Notes under the pieces: model-generated
What the model saw: only the letters and a program-made list of their open reading frames with translations
The model's database searches: none
What the model was told of the DNA's origin: nothing
Part shown: positions 38,001-46,609 of the stretch, piece by piece
How positions within the stretch are numbered: position 1 is the first letter of the stretch
How the letters are laid out: each line of letters begins with the position of its first letter
Made by a program: the position numbers and the translations under genes
Source of the DNA: Desulfovibrio piger
GTDB lineage: Bacteria; Bacillota; Clostridia; Lachnospirales; Lachnospiraceae
Assembly: GCA_963590775.1 (NCBI GenBank)
Contig: CAVAPS010000006.1
Location: 15,314-79,313 of the forward strand
Reading direction: 5' to 3'
Length of the DNA: 64,000 nucleotides

Positions 38001-39821
38001 TTATTCAACAGTAACTGATTTAGCAAGATTTCTTGGCTTATCAACATCGTTGCCCTTAAGAACCGCTGTATAGTAAGCAATAAGCTGTAATGGAACTGCT
38101 GCAACCATAGGCATAAGAAGCTGGTCTGCCTGAGGAAGCTTGATAACAATATCTGCCACACCGTCTTCAATATCAAGATCAGGTTCTGCAATAAGCACTA
38201 CAAATGCGCCTCTTGACTTAACTTCCTTGATGTTGCTTATAGTCTTTTCCTCAAGATCCTTCTGTGTTGCAATTGCAATTACAGGCATCTCATCTGTAAT
38301 AAGAGAGATAGTTCCATGCTTAAGCTCGCCTGCTGCATATGATTCAGAATGAATATAAGATATCTCCTTTAACTTAAGAGAACCTTCCATACTGAGTGCA
38401 TAATCAAGTCCACGGCCTATATAAAGAAGGCTGTCAGCATTCACAAGCTTGGAAGCTGCAAACTGGCACTTGCTCTCAAGTGCAATTGACTCCTCAATAA
38501 TCTCTGGTACTTCTTCAAGCATCTTAGTATATCTGCTACATTCAGCTTCATCCATCTTTCCATTAGCATAAGCTAATTCAAATGCGATTAAGTACATAAT
38601 TGATACCTGAACCATATATGCCTTAGTAGAAGCAACTGAAATCTCAGGACCTGCATGTGTATATACAACCATATCAGCTTCTCTTGCAATTGAAGAACCC
38701 TTAACATTAACGATTGCCATAGTATCAGCGCCTGCCTGCTTTGCAAGTTCAAGTGCAGCCTTAGTATCAGCAGTCTCACCTGACTGTGATATAACAATCA
38801 TAAGGTCATCTTCATTAATAAGAGGGTCTCTGTATCTGAACTCTGATGCTATATCAACAGTTACAGACACTCTTGCAATCTTCTCTATTATATATTTGCC
38901 GACCATTCCGGCATGCATTGCTGTACCACAGGCAACAATATATATATTCTTATAACTCTTTAACTTATCAGGATTGAATCCCTCAGCACTAAAATCAGGC
39001 ATATCGTCTGTAATTCTTGGCATGATAGTTCTCTTTACAGAATCTGGCTGCTCATGGATTTCCTTAAGCATAAAATGTGCATAACCGCCCTTTTCTGCAG
39101 CATCAACATCCCAGTCAGCAGTATTTAATTCCTTATGTATCTCATTACCGTGAACATCATATATCTTAACAGATTCCTTCTTAATAACTGCAATCTCATT
39201 CTGATCAAGAAGATAATAATCTCTTGTATAATGAATAATAGCCGGTACATCTGATGCTATGAAATTCTCATGGTCACCGACACCTACAATAAGAGGGCTG
39301 TCCTTTCTTACTGCAAATATCTCATCAGGGAAATCCCTGAACATAATTCCAAGTGCATATGAACCCTTAATCTCAGATAATACTTTGGCAATAGTCTTCA
39401 TAGGATCACCATCATAATAGTAATCAAGTAACTTGGCAGCTACCTCAGTATCAGTTTCACTTGCGAAGCTGTATCCCTCTCCAATAAGGAAATCCTTAAG
39501 CTTCTTATAATTCTCGATAATACCATTGTGTACAATAGTAACTCTCTTATTACCATGTGGATGTGAATTAATATCTGAAGGTTCTCCGTGTGTAGCCCAT
39601 CTTGTATGTCCAATACCTACATGTCCCTCCGGCTTTCCTTCTTCATCCATCTTCTCAACAAGGTTGGCAAGTCTTCCCTTGCACTTCTTAACCTTAATAT
39701 TACCATGGTCAAATACAGCAATACCTGCTGAATCATATCCTCTGTATTCAAGCTTGGATAATGCATCTACAAGCACATCAGCACTTTCTCTGTCTCCAAC
39801 ATATCCTGCAATTCCGCACAT
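38001..39821 (-). CDS. glmS: Glutamine-fructose-6-phosphate aminotransferase
   Basis: MCGIAG start (39821), LEYRGYDSAG, GHTRWATHG, SQSGETADT, PRNLAKSVTVE. Confidence 0.98.
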   Translation of the reverse strand: MCGIAGYVGDRESADVLVDALSKLEYRGYDSAGIAVFDHGNIKVKKCKGRLANLVEKMDEEGKPEGHVGIGHTRWATHGEPSDINSHPHGNKRVTIVHNGIIENYKKLKDFLIGEGYSFASETDTEVAAKLLDYYYDGDPMKTIAKVLSEIKGSYALGIMFRDFPDEIFAVRKDSPLIVGVGDHENFIASDVPAIIHYTRDYYLLDQNEIAVIKKESVKIYDVHGNEIHKELNTADWDVDAAEKGGYAHFMLKEIHEQPDSVKRTIMPRITDDMPDFSAEGFNPDKLKSYKNIYIVACGTAMHAGMVGKYIIEKIARVSVTVDIASEFRYRDPLINEDDLMIVISQSGETADTKAALELAKQAGADTMAIVNVKGSSIAREADMVVYTHAGPEISVASTKAYMVQVSIMYLIAFELAYANGKMDEAECSRYTKMLEEVPEIIEESIALESKCQFAASKLVNADSLLYIGRGLDYALSMEGSLKLKEISYIHSESYAAGELKHGTISLITDEMPVIAIATQKDLEEKTISNIKEVKSRGAFVVLIAEPDLDIEDGVADIVIKLPQADQLLMPMVAAVPLQLIAYYTAVLKGNDVDKPRNLAKSVTVE

Positions 39822-39869
39822 ATATTTAATTCCTTTCAATTATTTACTTATAATTTTCATTTATAATTT

Positions 39870-41885
39870 CTACTTATAATTCTTGGCTGTCTCATTAAAC
39901 AGACTGACAAGACCCGCCTGATTTCTTAATGCCATAACAGCCCTTGTTCTTCTTGAAACAAAACCATCAAGCTTTTCCATATACTCATCTGCCGTAATAG
40001 TTCCCTCAGCTACACCTGTAAGTCCTTTCTCCCAGCTTGCAGTAAGCTCCGGGTTAAGCAGATGCCTGATAGAATTGTCAACAACATCATATATTATCTC
40101 GCCTAAAAATGTAGGTGTAATAATCTGTGTCTTAGAGTTAATAGAAATATACTTAATAGTATTAAGCTTCTTAAGAATCTCGGCTCTTGTAGCACTTGTT
40201 CCTATTCCACTACCCTTAATCTGGGCACGCAGTTCCTCATCTTCAATAAGCTGTCCTGCATTCTCCATAGCAAGAATAATAGAACCTGAATTATATCTCT
40301 TAGGTGGTGATGTTTCACCCTCTTTGATATTAAACCCATTAAATGTGATTGTAGAACCTTTTCTGTATTTTTTCAATACCTCGAACAAAGCTGCATCACA
40401 TTTGTTATCATCCTTATTATCACCGCTGTCATCATCTTTCGCTTTAGCATCAGACTTTGATTTGGCAAATGAGTTCTTAGCAACACTTAAGTATCCTTCA
40501 TCTACAAGCACTTTAAATGTAGCATACAGCTTTTCATTCTTCACATCACTGGTAATACTTACCTTCTGATATATAGCCGGTGGATAGAATATACTTAAGA
40601 ATCTTCTTACAATTATCTCATAAGTTCTCGCTGCTGTGACTGACAGAGTCTTAAGATTATTAAAGCCCTGTCCTGTCGGAATAATGGCATAATGGTCTGT
40701 AATTGCTTTATCGTTACAGTATCTTGTCTTTTCAATACCCTTCTGCATATTATTCTGTAAAATATGCTCCGCAATCTCCTTCACAGGTGCAAAATTTCTA
40801 AGACCACCTATATTCTTATGTATCTCCTTACTTACCGCAGTTGATAATACTCTCGCATCAGTTCTTGGATAAGTAACCAGCTTCTTTTCATACAGTTCCT
40901 GAATAATATTAAGAGTCTCATCCGGACTTATCTTAAAAAGCTTACTACATTCATTCTGAATCTCGGCAAGGTTGTACAGAAGCGGTGGATTCTTGGTTTC
41001 TTTCTTTCTCTCAATAGAATCAACAACTCCCTGTGCAGGCAGCGGGTCAGATAAGAACTTAACCAGCTCCTCTGCCTTTTCCCTGTCCTTAAAACCGTTA
41101 TCTTTGTATAAATATGGTGTGCCCGCATACATACTCTTATCACTCACACGCCATTCTGCGTCAAATGTTGAATTCTCAACCTGTGCCTGTCCAATAACCC
41201 TGTAGAATGGTGTCTTAACAAAGCTTCTTATCTCGCGTTCCCTTCTTACTACCATTCCAAGAACACATGTCATAACCCTTCCGACAGATACAACCGCCCT
41301 GTCAAGATGCAGATAATTGGCAATATTACGTCCGTATTTCAAAGTAAGAACTCTTGAGAAATTAATTCCCATAAGATAATCTTCCTTCGCACGAAGATAC
41401 GCTGAATCGCTCAGATTATCATACTCAGATATATCCTTAGCTGTATTAATTCCCTTAAGAATCTCTTCCTCCGTCTGTGAATCAATCCACACACGGCGTT
41501 CTTTCTTGCCCTTAACGCCGGCTTCCTGTCTTACAAGTCTGTATATATACTCTCCTTCACGTCCTGAATCGGTACATACATATATATATTCAACATCATC
41601 CCTTGTAAGAATATCTTTAACTATATTAAACTGCTTTGCAACCGCAGGTATAACCTCATACTTGAATTCCTTCGGTATGAATGGCAGCGTGTCAAAACTC
41701 CATCTCTTAAGATTAGGGTCATATGCATCAGGATAACTCATAGTTACCAGATGTCCGACACACCATGTTACAATATGGTCCCCACCTTCAAGATATCCAT
41801 CTTTTCTTGTGAAATTCACATGAAGTGCTTTGGCAAATTCCTGCGCCACGCTTGGTTTTTCCGCGATATATACGGATTTTCCCAT
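39870..41885 (-). CDS. topB: DNA topoisomerase III (type IA)
   Basis: IAEKPSVA, TWCVGHL, TDSGREGE, SVGRV, TYPRTD, GIGTSATRA; no Zn-ribbon tail. Confidence 0.88.
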   Translation of the reverse strand: MGKSVYIAEKPSVAQEFAKALHVNFTRKDGYLEGGDHIVTWCVGHLVTMSYPDAYDPNLKRWSFDTLPFIPKEFKYEVIPAVAKQFNIVKDILTRDDVEYIYVCTDSGREGEYIYRLVRQEAGVKGKKERRVWIDSQTEEEILKGINTAKDISEYDNLSDSAYLRAKEDYLMGINFSRVLTLKYGRNIANYLHLDRAVVSVGRVMTCVLGMVVRREREIRSFVKTPFYRVIGQAQVENSTFDAEWRVSDKSMYAGTPYLYKDNGFKDREKAEELVKFLSDPLPAQGVVDSIERKKETKNPPLLYNLAEIQNECSKLFKISPDETLNIIQELYEKKLVTYPRTDARVLSTAVSKEIHKNIGGLRNFAPVKEIAEHILQNNMQKGIEKTRYCNDKAITDHYAIIPTGQGFNNLKTLSVTAARTYEIIVRRFLSIFYPPAIYQKVSITSDVKNEKLYATFKVLVDEGYLSVAKNSFAKSKSDAKAKDDDSGDNKDDNKCDAALFEVLKKYRKGSTITFNGFNIKEGETSPPKRYNSGSIILAMENAGQLIEDEELRAQIKGSGIGTSATRAEILKKLNTIKYISINSKTQIITPTFLGEIIYDVVDNSIRHLLNPELTASWEKGLTGVAEGTITADEYMEKLDGFVSRRTRAVMALRNQAGLVSLFNETAKNYK

Positions 41886-41952
41886 TATATTCCTCATTTC
41901 TGTGTCTATAACACAATTGTTTCTTTATTATTAAAGTTACTCAGTCAAAATA

Positions 41953-42555
41953 TTATTCTGCCTTATATTCTTCTCCTGAAGCATCAAGAGTTCCCATATA
42001 AGCCGGTATATATTCTTTCATAAAATAATCTGCTTCTGGAATATTCATATCAACAATAGCCTGATATATTGTCTTTTCCGCATCAGCAAAATCCATGTTG
42101 CCAGACTTCTTTTCTTCAAGACATTTTATATAAGCTGACATCTTATCGGCAGCTTTGACGTACTTCCAGAGTTCTTCTTCCTCTTCTGTCTCTGATAACA
42201 CGCCTCTGTAACGCTCTCTTATATCTGTTCCAAGACCTGACAGCATCTGCTCTTCTGCAACATGCTCTACTTCCTTATATGCATTCCTTATTACTGGATT
42301 GTAATACTTAACCGGAGTTGGCAGATCTCCTGTAATTATCTCTGTCACATCATGATACATGCCAAGAATTGCAAGCCTTTCAGCATTAATATTCCCACCA
42401 TATATCTCATTGTTAATAATCCCCAGTGCATGTGCTATGAATGCTACTTCAAGACTATGCTCACACAGATTCTCATGGCGTGTATTCTGCATAAGTCCCC
42501 ATCTGTTAATATATTTCATTCTTGACAGCATTGCATAAAAATGATTTTCCTTCAT
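41953..42555 (-). CDS. yfbR: HD-domain 5'-deoxynucleotidase
   Basis: RMKYINRWGLM, EHS, YHD, TGDLPTPVKY, VKAADK. Confidence 0.9.
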   Translation of the reverse strand: MKENHFYAMLSRMKYINRWGLMQNTRHENLCEHSLEVAFIAHALGIINNEIYGGNINAERLAILGMYHDVTEIITGDLPTPVKYYNPVIRNAYKEVEHVAEEQMLSGLGTDIRERYRGVLSETEEEEELWKYVKAADKMSAYIKCLEEKKSGNMDFADAEKTIYQAIVDMNIPEADYFMKEYIPAYMGTLDASGEEYKAE

Positions 42556-42624
42556 TGTAGTATATCCCTCTTTACTCTGTAAGTCGTTTCATAATTTTAT
42601 ATCATAATAAGCTTTTAAGCAAGT

Positions 42625-42655
42625 AAAAAGAGATGCCATCTCTGACATCTCTTTT
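42625..42655. terminator. Terminator after asd
   Basis: AAAAAGAGATG..CATCTCTTTT. Confidence 0.7.
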
Positions 42656-42682
42656 ATGGTATGTGTGTATATTAGAATTTAA

Positions 42683-43780
42683 TTATTCTGCATCCTTAGG
42701 AGTGATATAACCCTGTGCCTTAAGAAGCTCTGCGATAAGAACAGCTCCGCCTGCAGCACCTCTTAATGTATTATGTGAAAGTCCAACGAACTTGTAATCA
42801 AATACGCTGTCTTCTCTTAAACGGCCAAGTGAAACACCCATTCCGTTCTCATAATTTACATCAAGCTTAACCTGTGGACGGTCATCCTCTTCGAGATACT
42901 GGATGAACTGCTTTGGAGCACTTGGAAGATTAAGTTCCTGTGGAACTCCCTTGAAGCTTCTCCACTTCTCAATAATCTGTTCCTTAGTTGGCTTCTTCTC
43001 GAAGTTAACAAATACAGCTGCTGTATGTCCATCAAGAACTGGAACTCTGATACACTGGCATGTGATAACTGGATCACTTGCTGGAACAATCTTTCCGTCC
43101 TCAATCTTACCCCATAATCTTAAAGGCTCTTTTTCAGACTTTTCTTCCTCACCACCGATATAAGGAATAATATTTTCAACCATCTCTGGCCACTGTTCAA
43201 ATGTCTTTCCAGCACCTGAGATTGCCTGATATGTTGTTGCAACAACAAGCTTTGGTCCGAATTCCTTTAATGCATTAAGAGCAGGTGTGTAGCTCTGGAT
43301 TGAGCAGTTAGGCTTAACACAGATAAATCCTCTCTTAGTACCAAGTCTTTCTCTCTGATACTTTATAACTTCAAGATGCTCTGGGTTGATTTCTGGAACT
43401 ACCATAGGAACATCTGGTGTCCAACGGTTAGCACTGTTATTAGAAACAACTGGAACTTCTGCCTTGGCATATCTTTCCTCTATAGCCTTAATCTGATCCT
43501 TAGGCATATTAACTGCACAGAATACGAAATCTACCTTAGAAACGATTTCATCAAAATCCTTATCCATATCATATACAGTCATCTTCTTAACGAACTCAGG
43601 CATTGGTGTCTGCATCTTCCAGCGTCCATCAACTGCCTCTTCATAAAGCTTTCCTGCTGAACGTCCTGAAGCTGCTACTAAAACAACCTCGAACCAAGGA
43701 TGATTCTCAAGTAATGTTATAAATCTCTGTCCTACCATACCTGTACCGCCAAGGATACCAACTCTTAACTTATCGCTCAT
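42683..43780 (-). CDS. asd: Aspartate-semialdehyde dehydrogenase
   Basis: GGTGMVGQRF, VPEINPEH, KPNCS, YQAISGAG, RVPVLDGH, HNTLRGAAG; start 43780 after GAAGGAG. Confidence 0.96.
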   Translation of the reverse strand: MSDKLRVGILGGTGMVGQRFITLLENHPWFEVVLVAASGRSAGKLYEEAVDGRWKMQTPMPEFVKKMTVYDMDKDFDEIVSKVDFVFCAVNMPKDQIKAIEERYAKAEVPVVSNNSANRWTPDVPMVVPEINPEHLEVIKYQRERLGTKRGFICVKPNCSIQSYTPALNALKEFGPKLVVATTYQAISGAGKTFEQWPEMVENIIPYIGGEEEKSEKEPLRLWGKIEDGKIVPASDPVITCQCIRVPVLDGHTAAVFVNFEKKPTKEQIIEKWRSFKGVPQELNLPSAPKQFIQYLEEDDRPQVKLDVNYENGMGVSLGRLREDSVFDYKFVGLSHNTLRGAAGGAVLIAELLKAQGYITPKDAE

Positions 43781-43928
43781 TTTTAACTCCTTCAATATGT
43801 AAAATCTCAAAGACACTTCCCTCTGTTCTGTCTTTCTGTGACGGACATTTGTTTTTGTGTCTAAGAAAATATATCACAGCCTATAGGATAATGCAAGAGA
43901 TTTTTGAGTTTTTTAGTGTTTTTTAGGA

Positions 43929-45773
43929 TTATTTCTTTTTCTTAGCTGAAAATACTATTACACCTGCACATATTATTACACATGCTGCAAGTACAATCAC
44001 ATATACCATTACATGACTGCTGTCACCTGTTTTTGTTGAATTGTCAGATACTTCTCCACTGGCTGCAGTTGATGCCTTTTCTGTCTTGGCAGTTGTAATC
44101 TCCTGCTCTGTTCCCTTAGTTGCTGACTCCTCCTGACCAATTGTTGTTGTCTGCTGTGTTGATGAATTTTCCTGAACTGTTGTTGTTTCCTGCACTGTTG
44201 TTGTCTCCTGTGCAGTTGTTGTTTCCTGTGCTGTTGTTGTCTCCTGTGCTGTTGTTGTTTCCTGTTCTGTTGTTGCCTCTGTTGTATTTTCTGAACTGCT
44301 CTCTGTTTCTTTATCATTATCAGATGATTTACCAGTTACATATACAATCTGATTAGCAACATTGAACTTTGCACCCATAGATGAGTAACTTCCTGTTGTC
44401 TCATAGAGACCATTCATATTGATTGTTCCATCTGCATTTCTTAAAAGCTTATCAATATCGTCTGTATACTTGATTGTATTATTAACATTCTTAAATGCTC
44501 CAGATACACTTGAAGGATTACTTACTACAGTTCCTGACTTATATCCTGCACTTGTATTAAGAATCTTTGTAAATGAATCACCTGTGAGCTGATAGTACTT
44601 CTTAGAATTATAATATATAGAATTCTTTACATTACCCATAAACTTATCTGAATCAACTGCATTTACTGATATAAGACCTGAGTAAGATGCATCTTCTCCA
44701 GATCTGTAGCATACGAAATTACCCTTCTTGGCATTCTTTCCATTGCCCCATGCTGTAAGATTAGTAAGTGTAAGTGCTGATGGATTATTGTTATCTGTAA
44801 ATCCTGTTGCTCCGTTATTAAATGACAGACAGTTAAGTACATAATGTGCTGTACCAACGCCTGAACCACCGAGCTTGAATCCATTCATATCACCATTAGA
44901 ATAATGCTTGCCGTTAGTTAATGTTCCATTACCGAATGATACGCAGTTTCTTATTGTTACAACACCGATTGGTCCTGTAGCTGTCTTGGCAAAGAGATCC
45001 CATCCATCATCTGAATTACAATATGAAATACATCCGTCAAATACATTGCCATCGCCACATGTAAGCTTTGCTGCGAATCCATCTGCATTCTCTCCTGAAC
45101 CTCCCTGCTCAGGGAAATCGCAGTTATCAAATGCTGTACAGTTAATAATAAGATTATTAGATGGCCATAAATCCTTAGTTGCTGCAGTTGTATCATATCT
45201 TGAAAGCTGAAGACCTGTATCTCTGTTAGCTTCAAATACACATCTTTCAAAAATATTATTGTTACCTGCAAGCAATACTCCGTTATCACCAGCTCCATAG
45301 AAATTAATACCGCCAAAATACCAGTAATCACCATCAAGTATAAGACCTCTGTTCTGACTATTAAGAGCCTGTGCTGAGAAATCAAACTTAACATCCTGAT
45401 TATCTTCTGCTTTAACAATTATGTATGAACCATCCTGTCCATTAATTGTGTTATTGATAATAACACTTTCAGAAAACTTGTATGTTCCTCCTTTGATTAT
45501 GATTACATCTCCAGCTTTAGCTGACTGGAATGCACTAATAATCTCATCTGAAGATGATACATACTTTGCATTCTTAAAATCTGCATCTTTCTTAAGACTT
45601 ATATCTGTATAAGTTCCTGAGTAAGAAAGACTTGTTTTGTCATAAGATTTTCCTGTTTCAGCATTAACATTATCAGCTGCTGAAAACAAAGCTACTGGTA
45701 CCACAACACTTACAATCATTACGAATGCAAGAATCAATGCCCATTTGCTTTTCATGTCTTTGAACCTTTTCAT
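43929..45773 (-). CDS. Cell-wall-anchored pectate lyase, family PL9
   Basis: Signal peptide; GENADGFAAK, NSDDGWDLF, GDMNGFKLGG, GFTDNNN (PL9/PelL); Thr stalk; TKTGD + TM + KKKK; start 45773 after AGGAGG. Confidence 0.9.
   Translation of the reverse strand: MKRFKDMKSKWALILAFVMIVSVVVPVALFSAADNVNAETGKSYDKTSLSYSGTYTDISLKKDADFKNAKYVSSSDEIISAFQSAKAGDVIIIKGGTYKFSESVIINNTINGQDGSYIIVKAEDNQDVKFDFSAQALNSQNRGLILDGDYWYFGGINFYGAGDNGVLLAGNNNIFERCVFEANRDTGLQLSRYDTTAATKDLWPSNNLIINCTAFDNCDFPEQGGSGENADGFAAKLTCGDGNVFDGCISYCNSDDGWDLFAKTATGPIGVVTIRNCVSFGNGTLTNGKHYSNGDMNGFKLGGSGVGTAHYVLNCLSFNNGATGFTDNNNPSALTLTNLTAWGNGKNAKKGNFVCYRSGEDASYSGLISVNAVDSDKFMGNVKNSIYYNSKKYYQLTGDSFTKILNTSAGYKSGTVVSNPSSVSGAFKNVNNTIKYTDDIDKLLRNADGTINMNGLYETTGSYSSMGAKFNVANQIVYVTGKSSDNDKETESSSENTTEATTEQETTTAQETTTAQETTTAQETTTVQETTTVQENSSTQQTTTIGQEESATKGTEQEITTAKTEKASTAASGEVSDNSTKTGDSSHVMVYVIVLAACVIICAGVIVFSAKKKK
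44169..44276. repeat. About 6 x 18-bp coding tandem repeat (QETTTA/V)
   Basis: Repeated CTGTTGTTGT(T/C)TCCTG units in the PL9 stalk. Confidence 0.9.
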
Positions 45774-45921
45774 TGTATTTTTCCTCCTGATACATTTTTT
45801 TGTGCAATATATTTTAATTTGCACAAGCTTTGTATTAAATTTTATCACATTTTCACATTCTAATAAACTTATATTGCATAGTACTTTAGTACCATACAAT
45901 GAAATAATTTCTACAAAATGC

Positions 45922-45967
45922 AAAAATACCATGATACATTTGCAATTGAATAAATGTATCATGGTAT
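45922..45967 (-). terminator. Terminator of the ParB-BMP/phosphoesterase operon
   Basis: ATACCATGATACATTT..AAATGTATCATGGTAT stem with a T-run on the minus strand, immediately after the stop at 45971. Confidence 0.8.
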
Positions 45968-45970
45968 CTG

Positions 45971-46573
45971 TTATGCATCCGGATATTCGAATATATATCT
46001 TTCGTATCCGTTAATTATTCTTGTATTCTCATTATACTGGTATTCCTGCTTGAACTTTACCTGATATGTCTTATGGATATGTCCGTGAATGAAATACTTT
46101 GGCTTGTATTTCTCAAGGAGATAATTAAAGCCCTCAAAACCTTTATGCGGTTCATCCGGTCCGTCACCTATGCCTGCTGCCGGTGAATGTGTAAGCAGTA
46201 TATCGAAGCCCTTATTCTTCTTTATAGGAAGCCACATTTTACTAATTCTGCGGTTCATCTCTTTCTGTGTATACTGGTTCTTTCCCTTCTTATAACGTAT
46301 AGAACCGCCAAGTCCCATAATACGGACACCTTTATACACATATATCTTATTCTCTATGTTGATACAGCCATCTGGCGGCTGCACTTCATAACAGTCATCA
46401 TGATTGCCGTGTACATAAAGAATCGGAACTTTCGAAAAAGATGCAAGAAACGACAGATACTGAGGCTTTAAATCCCCCGCAGACAGTATAAGGTCAATGC
46501 CTTCTAACTTCTCCTTTTCAAAATAATCCCATAAGTACTTTGATTCAACATCAGCTAACACAAGTATTTTCAT
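45971..46573 (-). CDS. Calcineurin-like metallophosphoesterase
   Basis: LADVE, AGDL, HGNHD, LTHSP, HGHIH; start MKILV at 46573. Confidence 0.92.
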   Translation of the reverse strand: MKILVLADVESKYLWDYFEKEKLEGIDLILSAGDLKPQYLSFLASFSKVPILYVHGNHDDCYEVQPPDGCINIENKIYVYKGVRIMGLGGSIRYKKGKNQYTQKEMNRRISKMWLPIKKNKGFDILLTHSPAAGIGDGPDEPHKGFEGFNYLLEKYKPKYFIHGHIHKTYQVKFKQEYQYNENTRIINGYERYIFEYPDA

Positions 46574-46609
46574 TAACAATTCCCCAGCCACTCTACATGC
46601 GGCATCTTT

